NCBI GenBank assembly: GCA_963820525.1
Contig: CAWGAA010000001.1
Location: 672,001 to 736,000 of the forward strand
Length of the DNA stretch: 64,000 nucleotides
DNA from: an uncultured Spirochaetota bacterium
GTDB lineage: Bacteria > Spirochaetota > Spirochaetia > SZUA-6 > Fen-1364
Reading direction: 5' to 3'
The translations under genes were made by a program, and so were the position numbers. The notes below the pieces were generated by a model. It ran no database searches. It was not told where the DNA came from and was given only the letters and a program-made list of their open reading frames with translations. Shown in pieces: positions 44,817 to 56,739 of this stretch; the stretch's first letter is position 1; each line of letters begins with the position of its first letter.

Positions 44817-44957
44817 GTATCAACAGAGCGGCCTTTCGGAGATGCGCCATCCAACAAGTCGTTGCAGCTGACGCCTAAGATTTCGTCTGAAAGATACAGC
44901 TCTGTTTCATAGAACCGTCGGGGCTGTGGTGACTCGGCGGCGCAGCTGAACTCCTTG

Positions 44958-45229
44958 TTAGGCGCAAGCATATTTGCTTATCAAGATATCTCTTTGATTG
45001 GAAAAAGGATTTTGCATAAGAAGACGTGGATAGGAGATATCAAAGAACGCGGGCCTTTCTGGCTTGCCCCTAGTAATCAGTAGATGCTACCACTCGCGTT
45101 CAGTCGGCCCGCTATGCTTCCGCCTAACATTTCGTTGCAGCTGACCGCCCAAGCTACGCGTCGTTACCGCAAACTACGCTCACTTACGGATTTGTTTATT
45201 CTCATGCGGGGCGGCAGCTGAACTCTGTG
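44958..45229 (+). other. Mini ORF-less cassette (type D)
   Basis: ~170 bp body with GCGGGCC 45049-45055 / GGCCCGC 45106-45112, then attC. Confidence 0.8.
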
Positions 45230-45278
45230 TTAGATGGCTTTTCTTTATTGTATTTAATTTCAACAATAGGATACATCC

Positions 45279-46403
45279 ATGATTATTAGTGATTTTTATT
45301 CATTACCACGTCATTTTATTAGTGATTTATATGATCTTTCAACTTTCATAACTTCACCACGTAGTTTTTTCCAAAAAATTAGCAAAGAATCCACTCCGTC
45401 AACAGTTCGTCGCCTCTTCCTCTATGGATTTACTTTTGACTTATTAATATTTGTATTTCTTTTCCCAATGCTTTATGGAAAATCAAGTATCTCAATTTAT
45501 CATATATTAATGCTTGGCACATTAGAAACTTTATTAGCTATTTTTCCAGGACTAATCTTTTATTTAGCAACCAGATTTCTTTCAATAAAACCTAGCCTTA
45601 AGGTTGTAATTTCTTGTGCAGTTACTTGTAAATTTTTGTTTCTTATTCCTACCGTTTTATTTTTTGTATTTTATATCTATAGCGAAAGTATATTAGTTTT
45701 AATCTTAAGAAGTATTTTCGCTGCTATTGGAGCATTGAGCATCCCTTTGGCATGCCCATTTCTCGTCTCTCCATCTTCAAAGAGAAGACTTTTAGTCGCA
45801 CTGTTATCTCTTCTGCTTCTTTTTGGTTTTCGTTTAGGATTTGCCTCTCTCTTAATTAATGGAAGATCATATATTGCTGAACGCTTAATGATATTTACAT
45901 TAGCATATGATCCAGTTGGAAATGAACTAGACAAATTACCTGCTAAAGATCTGCTAGAATCATATAATATGACAGATTTATTGTACTATCAGAAACAAGT
46001 TCTTGCATCATTACGTCAGGAAGGTTCTAAAGTTTATATTAATCAAAAGAATTATAATGATAGCAGCAAGAACCTAAATAATGAATATTCAAAAATCGAT
46101 AAATACGTTCAGGATAGAATATCTTCTCTAATGCAAAAAATTGCAGATGCTAAATTCATAACAACAATTGAGCTATTAAAAGCTGATGTATCTTCTCTAA
46201 AAACTCTATCTGATTTCAATAAATATAGAATCGTTGAGTCAATTACTGATGAAAGTGATCTGCTAAATTTGATGAAGAATATGAATAATGTACAAATCCA
46301 TCTACACGATTATTATGAATCAAATAAGGTTTTTCAATCTATCGTTTCTTCTTCAGTTTTGCCGAGATATCAACTCAGGAGAATAGGTTTAATTATTTGG
46401 TAA
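45279..46403 (+). CDS. Hypothetical multi-pass membrane protein with helical C-terminal domain (cassette)
   Basis: About five hydrophobic segments in the N-terminal half; AGGA RBS; fills the cassette. Confidence 0.8.
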   Translation: MIISDFYSLPRHFISDLYDLSTFITSPRSFFQKISKESTPSTVRRLFLYGFTFDLLIFVFLFPMLYGKSSISIYHILMLGTLETLLAIFPGLIFYLATRFLSIKPSLKVVISCAVTCKFLFLIPTVLFFVFYIYSESILVLILRSIFAAIGALSIPLACPFLVSPSSKRRLLVALLSLLLLFGFRLGFASLLINGRSYIAERLMIFTLAYDPVGNELDKLPAKDLLESYNMTDLLYYQKQVLASLRQEGSKVYINQKNYNDSSKNLNNEYSKIDKYVQDRISSLMQKIADAKFITTIELLKADVSSLKTLSDFNKYRIVESITDESDLLNLMKNMNNVQIHLHDYYESNKVFQSIVSSSVLPRYQLRRIGLIIW

Positions 46404-46516
46404 GCCATCTAACATGCTGTTGGAGTTGACCCCTTAGGCTACGTTTGGAAAGTACAGCATATGTTGCTAAACCGCTGCTACCCTGCTTCGGGCGGTGGGG
46501 CAACTCAACAGCGTCG

Positions 46517-48147
46517 TTACATGCAACGCTAAGAAATATCTTATTGAAGATTCCATATGGCTGCTTAGGATTACTCAAGATAAATGAAGACTATTCGATT
46601 CAGCTGCATATGCTACCTTGTTGAATTCTTGTCTTACTTTTGCGCGGGCCATGTAAGTTCCTATTGGAACAGCTCGCGCCCATTAGCTGAAAGGGCATTA
46701 TTAACCTTTCCTGCATCATTTTCTTTCGCTTTGCCTGAATTCTATCATCAATCAACTAACCTTAGATTTCCTTCATATCTTGAAGCTTCTTTGTTGGCCC
46801 GCGCATATTGTTCTGTTTCCGCGTAGATGTAACATTCGGTTGGAGCAGACCGCTTAGCCTACGCTTCGTTACTTATTCCTACGTGTGTTAAAGCAATTGT
46901 ACCTGTATTATGCGGCGCGGCTGCTCAACCGGGCGTTATATCCAATCAGATTTATGGTGATTAGCAATGAATTAAAGAATTATTAATTCAATAATATTTG
47001 ATAAGAGGTTTTTCAATAACTTGCTTTCCCATGATGGCGTTGTCATTGCTCTGGAAGATTGGCGGTGTTGTACTACATTTCCTGCTTATTGCTAGCTTCA
47101 ATACACTGCACGTCACCTTGGCGTATTATCACCGATTACATTCAACGACTCGGATCAAGTTCATTTAATTGATTCGATAGCATTTTTTCTGCTTTCCTCA
47201 ACGCCATCATACTGGATGGATATAACATGCTGTTGGAGTTGTCCGCCTAGGTTACGCGTCGCTACTGATAGCTACGCGCGTTGAAGTTCTTGTACTTGGA
47301 TGATTCGGGGCGGCAACTCAACAGCGTCGTTATATCCACGCTAAAGAAATTCTTTGTGAGAATATTTTGCTTCTTCTGTTTTGAATTACTCAAAGCAAAT
47401 GAAGAATTCTCTTTCACAATCTTGCGGGTTTTACCTTGTTGAATTCTTTTGATACCTGTGCGCGGGCCATCTACGTTCCTGTTGGAACAGCTCGCGCATG
47501 TTAGCCAAAGGGGCATTAATTACCTTTTTTAGCATCACTTTCTTTCGCTTTTCCTGAATTCTATCATCAATCAACTAACCTGATATTTTATCCATATCGT
47601 GAAGCTTGTCCTTCGGCCCGCGCATATTGGTCTGTTTCCGCGTAGATATAACATGCTGTTGGAGTTGACCGCCTAGGCTACGCTTCATTACCAATAGCTA
47701 CGGGCGGTAAAGCATTTTGTACTTGGATGATTCGGGGCGGCAACTCAACAGCGTCGTTATATCCATCTTGATTTATATTGATTAGTGAAGAAGCATAGGA
47801 TTATTAATTCGATAATAATAAAAGACGTTTTTCAATTGCCTATTTGCCTATGATGGCGTTGACATTGCTCTGTAAGGATGGCGGTGTTGTACTACATTGC
47901 TTGCTTTTCTTTAGTTTCAATACATGGCACGTCACCTCGGCTTGCCAACACCGATTGCATTCAACGGCTCGGATCAAGCTCCTTCAATTGATTCGATAGA
48001 TCTTTTCTGCTATCCTCAACGCCATCATACTGGATGGATATAACATGCTGTTGGAGTTGTCCGCCTAGGCTACGCGTCGTTACCAATAGCTACGCGCATT
48101 GAAGTCTTGGTACTTGGATGATTCGGGGCGGCAACTCAACAGCGTCG
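46517..48147 (+). repeat. Run of ORF-less cassettes: B3 46517, A 46936, B2 47330, A 47757
   Basis: Family IRs and attCs. Confidence 0.9.
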
Positions 48148-48265
48148 TTATGTCTCTCTATTTTTGGATAACGGGCGCTGTAAGGTATACTCACTGGCAG
48201 CATCCCAGATTACCACTTGCAGAACATCAGTCGTGGTGGTAAGTTTATATTGAAAGGAGAGATCT

Positions 48266-49120
48266 GTGAGATTCAACATCGTTAGTCTATCAATCATTCT
48301 ATCAATCTTTGCAACATCCACATGGGCACAGACCAACGTTGAGACTTATGGGGTCACCTATAGGACAATAGATGGCAAAGAGCTTCAAATGGATATTCAG
48401 AGGCCTCAACCTGTGGGTGTTCCGAAACCAGTAATCGTATTTCTTTGCGGTAACGGCTGGGGATATGAGAGGACTATAAACCGCGAATCATTCTGGTATG
48501 CTCTGGACCTTGCTAATGAACATGGATATGTCGCAGTCACCGTAGACTACAGCTCATCAGCGCAGAACTCCAACGGCAGGCCAATTGGAACTTTTCCGTC
48601 CCAAATCTATGACGTTAAAAGTGCTATACGCTTTCTGAAGGCAAATGCAAAGCAGTACGATATCGATCCAACTCGGATTGGAGTCATTGGCTTCTCATCA
48701 GGAGGAAACTTGGCGCTGCTACTCGCGCTTACGCTTCCGGCAGATGGACTCGAGGGGCATGACGACTATCTCCAGTATTCCAGCTCAGTGCAAGCCGTTG
48801 TCAATCTTTCGGGGGCAACAGATCTAGTTAGTTGGAATAAAGAGCCATTTGTCAGTGCATATTTGGGAGGCTCTCTTCAGGCAAAGCCAGAACAATACAA
48901 GAGAGCTAGTCCCATCAACTATGTGAAGCCAGGCATGGCGCCGGTCTTAACCATCCATGGGGAAAAGGATATGATTGTCTCCCCCGATCAGGCACGGATG
49001 CTTGACGCGCGAATGAAAGAAGTGGGCGCGTCTCACACTTTGATTATTAAAAGTGACTTAGGTCATAATGATGAGATTGATCAGAATGTATGGGATTTCT
49101 TGGAGAAAGCTCTAAAATAA
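48266..49120 (+). CDS. Secreted alpha/beta hydrolase, duplicate of 31124..31978
   Basis: Identical translation in the ORF track. Confidence 0.92.
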   Translation: MRFNIVSLSIILSIFATSTWAQTNVETYGVTYRTIDGKELQMDIQRPQPVGVPKPVIVFLCGNGWGYERTINRESFWYALDLANEHGYVAVTVDYSSSAQNSNGRPIGTFPSQIYDVKSAIRFLKANAKQYDIDPTRIGVIGFSSGGNLALLLALTLPADGLEGHDDYLQYSSSVQAVVNLSGATDLVSWNKEPFVSAYLGGSLQAKPEQYKRASPINYVKPGMAPVLTIHGEKDMIVSPDQARMLDARMKEVGASHTLIIKSDLGHNDEIDQNVWDFLEKALK

Positions 49121-49268
49121 CTTATCGGCGTAAAAGGACGAAAATTCAGCCAGGAGAGACATAACATGCTGTTGGAGCAGACCGCTTAGGCTACGCGTCG
49201 TTACTAATTCATACGTGTGCTAAAGTAATTGTACCTGTATGATGCTGCGCGGCTGCTCAACAGCGTCG

Positions 49269-49660
49269 TTATATCCATCTCAATTTAAATTGATTATCAA
49301 TAAAGCATTGAATTATTAATTCAATAATATAGGATAAGACGCTTTTCAATTTCATATTTGCCCATGATGGCGTTGGCATTGTTCTGGAAGGATGGCGGTG
49401 TTGTACTACATTGCCTGCTTGTCTTTAGTTTTATTGCATGGCACGTCACCTTGGCTTATTGTCACCGATTACATTCTACGGCTCGGATCAAGCTCTTTCA
49501 ATTGATTCGATAGATCTTTTCTGCTTTCCTCAACGCCATCATACTGGATGGATATAACCAGTCGTTGCAGCTGACCGCCTAGGCTACGCGGCGTTAGTGA
49601 AAACTACGCGTGCTCAATCATCTGTTCTTTCCTGATTCGGGGCGGCAGCTGAACTCCATG
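49269..49660 (+). repeat. Family A cassette (mosaic)
   Basis: Leader, 3' part and attC match 14153; the central block differs. Confidence 0.9.
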
Positions 49661-49795
49661 TTATGTCTCTCTTTTATTGGCTATCAAGTTTTGCAATAAA
49701 TAATCATTCCTGTCGGCCGCGTTGACTACCGAGAAGACCGCTGATAGACTTCCTATACATCGCAGCCGCAGGCGTCCCAGGAAAAGGAGAGATGC

Positions 49796-50650
49796 ATGAA
49801 AACTATCATCATAGGCTTGGCTTTCATTCTGTCCATCTCGGTTGCCTCACTACAAGCGCAGTCCTATGTAGAAATGTATGGGGTCACTTACAGGAACATC
49901 AGTGGCAGAGAACTTCAAATGGACATTCAGAAACCTCAGCCCGTAGGCATTCCGAAGCCGGCAGTTGTGTTTCTTTGCGGGAATGGTTTTGGATACTATA
50001 GGACTTTGAACCGAGAGCAATTCTGGTACGCACTGGACCTGGCTAATGAACACGGATATGTCGCAATTACTGTTGACTATAGTTCGTCAATGCAGAACTC
50101 CAACGGCCGTCCTATCGGGACTTTCCCGGCCCAGATCTATGACGTAAAGAGCGCTATACGGTTTCTCAGGGCAAATGCAAGCGAGTATGACATTGATCCA
50201 ACGCGCATTACGGTCGTTGGCTTCTCATCGGGAGGAAGTTTGGCGTTGCTGCTCGGGCTTACGGTTCCGGCAGATGGACTTGAAGGGCAGGACGACAATC
50301 TCCAGTACTCCAGCTCGGTGAAAGCCGTTGTCAATCTGTCTGGGCCAACTGACTTCGTCAGCCTGAGCAAGGAGCCATATGTCATCGCGTATTTAGGTGG
50401 CTCTCTTCAGGCAAATCCAGAGCAGTACAAAGCGGCCAGTCCCATCAATTATGTCAAATCGGGTACACCACCGGTTCTAACTATGCATGGGCAAAACGAC
50501 ACTTTTGTCTCCCCTGATCAGGCACGGATTCTTGATGCACGAATGAAAGAAGTGGGAGCTACTCATACTTTGATAATTAAAAAAGGGCTTGGACATACTT
50601 ACGATATCGATCAAAACGTTTGGGATTTCTTGGAGAAAGCACTCAAGTGA
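49796..50650 (+). CDS. Secreted alpha/beta hydrolase, diverged paralogue
   Basis: Colinear with the 48266 protein (GFSSGG, MHGQND, GH) with a different signal peptide and attC. Confidence 0.92.
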   Translation: MKTIIIGLAFILSISVASLQAQSYVEMYGVTYRNISGRELQMDIQKPQPVGIPKPAVVFLCGNGFGYYRTLNREQFWYALDLANEHGYVAITVDYSSSMQNSNGRPIGTFPAQIYDVKSAIRFLRANASEYDIDPTRITVVGFSSGGSLALLLGLTVPADGLEGQDDNLQYSSSVKAVVNLSGPTDFVSLSKEPYVIAYLGGSLQANPEQYKAASPINYVKSGTPPVLTMHGQNDTFVSPDQARILDARMKEVGATHTLIIKKGLGHTYDIDQNVWDFLEKALK

Positions 50651-50796
50651 TTGGTGGTGTAAAAAATCACAACTAGAGTGAGAGAGACATAACATGCGGT
50701 TGAAGTAGACCGCGAAGCTCCCTCTTATCAATTTCAACTGTATTCTGATTTCATTATAGTTGACTACTACATCGGCGCGGCTACTTAACCGCGTCG

Positions 50797-51978
50797 TTAT
50801 ATCCAACCAGATTCATATTGATTAGCAATGATTTAAGGAATCCTTAATTCAATAATCTTGGATAAGATGTTTTTCAATTGATTGCTTTCCCATGATGGCG
50901 TTGGCATTGTTCTGGAAGGATGGCGGTGTTGTACTACATTTGGTTTCTTATTTTTAGTTTCAAAGTATGGCACGTCACCTTGGCTTATTATCACCGATTA
51001 CATTATAAGGCTCTGATCAAGTCATTTCGATTGATACGATGAATCTTCTTCTGCTTTCCTACAACGCCATCATACTTGGTGGATATAACATGCTGTTGGA
51101 GTTGTCCGCCTAGGCTACGCTTCGTTACAAATAACTACGCACGGTAAAGCCGATTGTACTTGGATGATTCGGGGCGGCAACTCAACAGCGTCGTTATATC
51201 CATCTAGATTTATATTGATTAGCAAATATGGAACGAATTATTAATTCAAGAATAGAAGATAAGACGTTTTTCAATAGCTTGATTTCCCATGATGGCGTTG
51301 GTATTTGGCGGGAAGGTTGGCGGTGTTGTATTACCTTGCCTGCTTTTCTTTAGTTTCAATACATGGCGCGTCACCTTGGCTTTCTAACACCGATTACATT
51401 CAACGGCTCTGATCAAGCTCTTTCAATTGATACGATAGATCCTTTCTGTTTTCCTCAACGCCATCATACTGGATGGATATAACATGCGGTTGGAGTTGTC
51501 CGCCTAGGCTACGAGTCGTTACATTTTGCTTCACTTGCTAGGGTTCCTTCGGTTGCTGATTCGGGGCGGCAACTCAACCGCGTCGTTATCTCCATCTCAA
51601 TTTATCTTGATTAGAAATGAAGCAACGAATTAATAATTCAATAATATAGGATAAGATGTTTTTCAATTTCATGTTTGCCCATGATGGCGTTGGCATTGTT
51701 CTGGAAGGATGGCGGTGTTGTACTACATTTGGTTGCTTGTTTTTAATTTCAATGAATGGCACGTCACCTTGGCTTATTGTCACCGTTTACATTCAACGGC
51801 TCTGATCAAGCTCTTTCAATTGATTCGCTAAAATCTTTTCTGTTTTCCTCAACGCCATCATACTGGATGGAGATAACATGTCGTTGCAGCTGACCGCCCA
51901 GGCTACGCTTCGTCACTTTAATTACGCGTGCTCAAGTATTTGTTTTTTCTTGATTCGGGGCGGCAGCTGAACTCCTTG
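50797..51978 (+). repeat. Three family A cassettes (50797, 51194, 51586)
   Basis: Family A IR and motifs. Confidence 0.92.
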
Positions 51979-52014
51979 TTACGCGCTCATAAATTAAACA
52001 CATTGTGAAAATAG

Positions 52015-52707
52015 ATGAGTATTGCAATCTTTGCATTCATAAAAATAGACAATAATTTGAGCCATCTTGAGTTCTTTCAAGAAGGTCGTCTATTTATGCG
52101 GACGCTAAGGTATTTCAAGAATTATGAAGACAAATGCCTTCATGGTCGTGGTGATAAACTTGAAGGAAGTATAGGTGTTTTTCAGCCCTCTCAAGTTAAA
52201 TTAGAACTCAATGGAATTCCACTAAATTCATTTCAATTTCAGGATCAAATAATTGTTCATAGTGAAAGCCTTCTCGAAAAGCATACCTTTTGTCTTATAA
52301 CATCATATATAAATGACGAAAGTCCGATGATTTCAGATGAAAAGTCTAAACACTTCAAACTTGATTCTAAAAACTACAAATTTGGCGGGTGGCTTCTTAT
52401 CATCAGAGATCCACAAGAATTTCTTAACAGAGTAAAACAATCTTTTAAGCAGCAACATATCATTTATCGAATTGGAATGGTTAAATATTATAACTTCGTT
52501 GAAACTAATACAATGTTTGATGACATTGAGACAGGCTTTCAAAAACCGTTTGAGTTCAGCCATCAAAATGAATTCCGAATTTTAATAGACTCTCCTATTA
52601 TTGATGAACAGTGCATAATTGTAAAAATTCCCTCTATAAAGGATATATCACTGATCATAAAAACTGATGAATTGAATGATCATCTTCATCTAAATATGAA
52701 TCAGTGA
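52015..52707 (+). CDS. Hypothetical protein, homologous to 62986..63615 (cassette)
   Basis: Shared G.L.M..L.YF...ED, RGD, FG..L.....QEF.NR, F.K...F..Q.E.R motifs. Confidence 0.75.
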   Translation: MSIAIFAFIKIDNNLSHLEFFQEGRLFMRTLRYFKNYEDKCLHGRGDKLEGSIGVFQPSQVKLELNGIPLNSFQFQDQIIVHSESLLEKHTFCLITSYINDESPMISDEKSKHFKLDSKNYKFGGWLLIIRDPQEFLNRVKQSFKQQHIIYRIGMVKYYNFVETNTMFDDIETGFQKPFEFSHQNEFRILIDSPIIDEQCIIVKIPSIKDISLIIKTDELNDHLHLNMNQ

Positions 52708-52821
52708 GCGCGTAACATGCTGTTGGAGTTGACCCCTAGAATCTTAGTTTGAACTGCTACTTCCCTCTCGGACTCTACTGTAGCTTGTCCCTTCGGGCGG
52801 CGGGGCAACTCAACAGCGTCG

Positions 52822-53665
52822 TTACATGCAACGCTAAGAAATATCTTATTGAAGATTCCATATGGCTGCTTAGGATTACTCAAGATAAATGAAGACTATT
52901 CGATTCAGCTGCATATGCTACCTTGTTGAATTCTTGTCTTACTTTTGCGCGGGCCATGTAAGTTCCTATTGGAACAGCTCGCGCCCATTAGCTGAAAGGG
53001 CATTATTAACCTTTCCTGCATCATTTTCTTTCGCTTTGCCTGAATTCTATCATCAATCAACTAACCTTAGATTTCCTTCATATCTTGAAGCTTCTTTGTT
53101 GGCCCGCGCATATTGTTCTGTTTCCGCGTAGATGTAACATTCGGTTGGAGCAGACCGCTTAGCCTACGCTTCGTTACTTATTCCTACGTGTGTTAAAGCA
53201 ATTGTACCTGTATTATGCGGCGCGGCTGCTCAACCGGGCGTTACATTCAACGCTAAGAATTCTTTTGTAGGAAGATTCCCTTTGTTTTTCTATTATAACT
53301 CAAGATAAATGAAGACTATTCAATTTAGCTATATTGCATATTTTACCTCGTTGAATTCTTGTCTTACTTTTACGCGGGCCATGTAAGTTCCCATTGGAAC
53401 AGCTCGCGCTCATTAGCTGAAAGGGCGTTATTAACCTTTCTGGAATCGTATTCTTTCGCTATTGGTTGAATTCTATCATCAATCAATCAACCTTGTATTT
53501 CGTTCATATCTTAGACTTCTCTGTTGGCCCGCGCATATTGTTTTGTTTCCGCGTGGATGTAACATTCGGTTGGAGCAGACCGCTTGGGCTACGCATCGTT
53601 ACTAATTGCTACGCTTGCTAAAATAATTGTACCTAGATGATTCGGCGCGGCTGCTCAACCGTGCG
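52822..53665 (+). repeat. Two family B cassettes (B3 52822, B4 53241)
   Basis: Family B motifs; 52822 matches 46517. Confidence 0.9.
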
Positions 53666-53733
53666 TTAGGTGGCTATATGCATTTCGATAGAGGGCTTGG
53701 TCAATTCGGCCTTGTGCCGTTATGGAGGTAGGC

Positions 53734-54204
53734 ATGCCTTTCAACAGTATTGTTGGGCAGTACCTAAAAAACTGCGTGAACGGTCAATTTGATTTTCTCC
53801 AGACCGACAGTCTTGCCAAGAAGAATGCCTTCCCTGATGACTATGGGGTCTACCTAATTCAGGATGCCATAAGCAAGCAATTCCTGTACGTTGGTAAGTC
53901 GGGCACAATCTACAACAACTACAATTGCGACAGTGGATTTGGCAACAAGTCTATCTTTGACCTCCCTAATCAAACGTTAAGGGCGCGCATTCAGGCAAAA
54001 CATTCAAAGTCGGAAACTCGCGAGCAGTTTTACAAAAGAATAATGAATCGTGATAAAATAGCAAAGCTCATCTTCATCTACTTCATCACGATGACAAAAG
54101 CCAGTCATCAAGGGATCAAGTATCCATTTGAGGCAGAGGCCGAGCTACTTTCAGCATTTATACGCCAGTTCGGAAACCTTCCGGAGTGGAACAAATCCGC
54201 ATAA
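53734..54204 (+). CDS. GIY-YIG nuclease-like protein (cassette)
   Basis: GVYLI...FLYVGKSG, LRARI, EAELL...LPEWN; start after GGAGG. Confidence 0.72.
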   Translation: MPFNSIVGQYLKNCVNGQFDFLQTDSLAKKNAFPDDYGVYLIQDAISKQFLYVGKSGTIYNNYNCDSGFGNKSIFDLPNQTLRARIQAKHSKSETREQFYKRIMNRDKIAKLIFIYFITMTKASHQGIKYPFEAEAELLSAFIRQFGNLPEWNKSA

Positions 54205-54567
54205 AACTATTTTGGAAGAGCAGACTGATTCTGATAGAAACCATTTTGAATCGTGATGGACGATAATGCACAAGCAGTTAGACTTGGAAAAGGTCAGAGC
54301 GTTTAAAACTAAAGGCATGCAGATTTTGAGCAAAATAGGTATTGCTTTGGATGCAATTCCCGTGGGAGCCCTGTTCTCATCATTAGATCATTAAGCCTTG
54401 GAATTTCTTTAGCATGCTCGAAGGGCACCAATGCTTTTGCTATATCGAAAAGAAAGCCACCTAACAAGTCGCTGCAGTTGACCCCTTAGAGGCCGGTTAA
54501 ATCGGAACATGCAGTTCCAAAGTCCGTGCAGCGCTGGCTTGATGCGGCGGGGCAACTGAGCTCAATG

Positions 54568-55786
54568 TTATATCCAATCTAGATTTATATTGATTATCGA
54601 ATAGGCAACGAATTATTAATTCAATAAAAAGAGATAATACGTGTTTCAATAGCTTGTTTAACCATGATGGCGTTGGCATTTCTCTGGAAGGATGGCGGTG
54701 TTGTACTAATGTTGCTTGCTTGCTCTTAGTTTCAATACACTGCACGTCACCGTGGCTTAATGGTCAACGATTTCATTATAGGGCTCGGATCAAGCTCTTT
54801 CGATTGATTCGATAGATCTTTTTCTGTTTTCCTCAACGCCATCATACTGGATGGATATAACATGCTGTTGGAGTTGTCCGCCTAGGCTACGCGTCGTGAC
54901 AAAAAGCTACGCGCGGCAAAGCCTTTTGTACTTGGATTATTCGGGGCGGCAACTCAACAGCGTCGTTATATCCACGCTAAAGAAATTCTTTGTGAGAATA
55001 TTTTGCTTCTTCTGTTTTGAATTACTCAAAGCAAATGAAGAATTCTCTTTCACAATCTTGCGGGTTTTACCTTGTTGAATTCTTTTGATACCTGTGCGCG
55101 GGCCATCTACGTTCCTGTTGGAACAGCTCGCGCATGTTAGCAAAAGGGGCATTAATTACCTTTTTTAGCATCACTTTCTTTCGCTTTTCCTGAATTCTAT
55201 CATCAATCAACTAACCTGATATTTTATCCATATCGTGAAGCTTGTCCTTCGGCCCGCGCATATTGGTCTGTTTCCGCGTAGATATAACATGCTGTTGGAG
55301 TTGACCGCCTAGGCTACGCTTCATTACCAATAGCTACGGGCGGTAAAGCATTTTGTACTTGGATGATTCGGGGCGGCAACTCAACAGCGTCGTTATATCC
55401 ATCTAGATTTATATTGATTAGCAAATAAGCAACGAATTATTAATTCAAGAATAGAATATAAGAAGCTTTTCAATAGCTTTATTTCCCATGATGGCGTTGG
55501 CATTGTTCTGGAAGGATGGTGGTGTTGTACTAGTTTGCCTGCTTGTTTTTAGTTTCAAGGCATGGCGCGTCACCTTGCCTTATTATCACCGATTACATTC
55601 TACGGCTCAGATCAAGCTCTTTCAATTGATTCGATAGATCTTTTCTGCCTTCCTCAACGCCATCATACTGGATGGACATAACATGCGGTTGGAGTTGACC
55701 GCCCAGGCTACGCTCCGTGACTTATTGTTATGCGCGCTAGAGTCTTTTGTTCTTGGATGATTCGGGGCGGCAACTCAACAGCGTCG
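54568..55786 (+). repeat. Run of ORF-less cassettes: A 54568, B2 54966, A 55393
   Basis: Family IRs and attCs. Confidence 0.9.
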
Positions 55787-55966
55787 TTAGCTCCCCTCTG
55801 AAATGCACTTTATTTATTTTCCTTAATGATTTTTCATATTAATGGCTTTCAAACATAATGTGGGCTATGTTATTCGTATTGCAGTAGTCCTTTCTATTCC
55901 CGTCCTAATTTATGTTTGACAAATTGGTATTATTTGTCAACATTTTACTAATGTAAGGAGAGAACA

Positions 55967-56272
55967 ATGGCAGACTACACTTTTGATGGCAAAGCCTTAA
56001 GGAAAAGCACTGGACAAAAAATGGGAGAGGTTGATAGAACCTCTATAAGATCTTGGAATAGTGCTCGGCTTGGTGAAATTCAGGGTAAGAATATTCGTGA
56101 TGCTCATGGCAAAAAGGTTTTGGAATTTGATGGCAAGAATGTAAAGGATGACATGGGCAAGAAACTTATGACAATTCAAGATATTCAAAAGATTATAGAT
56201 GGAGAAGCTGGAATATCTTTAGTCGCAGCATGGTACTTTTTAGTTAAGAGTCAGCAATCGAATATGACATAA
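55967..56272 (+). CDS. Small hypothetical protein with ~15-aa internal repeats (cassette)
   Basis: AAGGAG RBS; repeats DGKALRKSTGQKMGE / QGKNIRDAHGKKVLE / DGKNVKDDMGKKL. Confidence 0.75.
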   Translation: MADYTFDGKALRKSTGQKMGEVDRTSIRSWNSARLGEIQGKNIRDAHGKKVLEFDGKNVKDDMGKKLMTIQDIQKIIDGEAGISLVAAWYFLVKSQQSNMT

Positions 56273-56739
56273 ATTGTAGAAAATAAGGTCCGACCTTACC
56301 GATTTGATGGAATCTTCATTTACTTTCCTCATAACCTCTCGGTGCTTACAGAAGGTAGACGTCTCGCTGCAACCCTGAGAGTTCTCCTGTTGAAAGACAT
56401 CTTTCCGTTTTATACACATAAACCATGATGAAATAGTTCAAAGACTATAGCCCTGTTTTAGCAAAACATATTATGAATAAAGTAAAATAAATATATAAAG
56501 AAAAAAGGGGAGCTAACATGCTGTTGGAGTTGTCCGCCTAGGCTACGCTTCGTTACCAGTAGCTACGCTAGCTGAAGTCTTTGTACTTGGATGATTCGGG
56601 GCGGCAACTCAACAGCGTCGTTATGTTGTCATAAAGCGAGCGCGTCAGTGATGACGAATTTAGCGAGTGACGGAGGCATTACGAACACTGCAGAATGCCG
56701 TAAGATGTCTTGAGGTGGATCCATAGAAAGGACTCTCCA

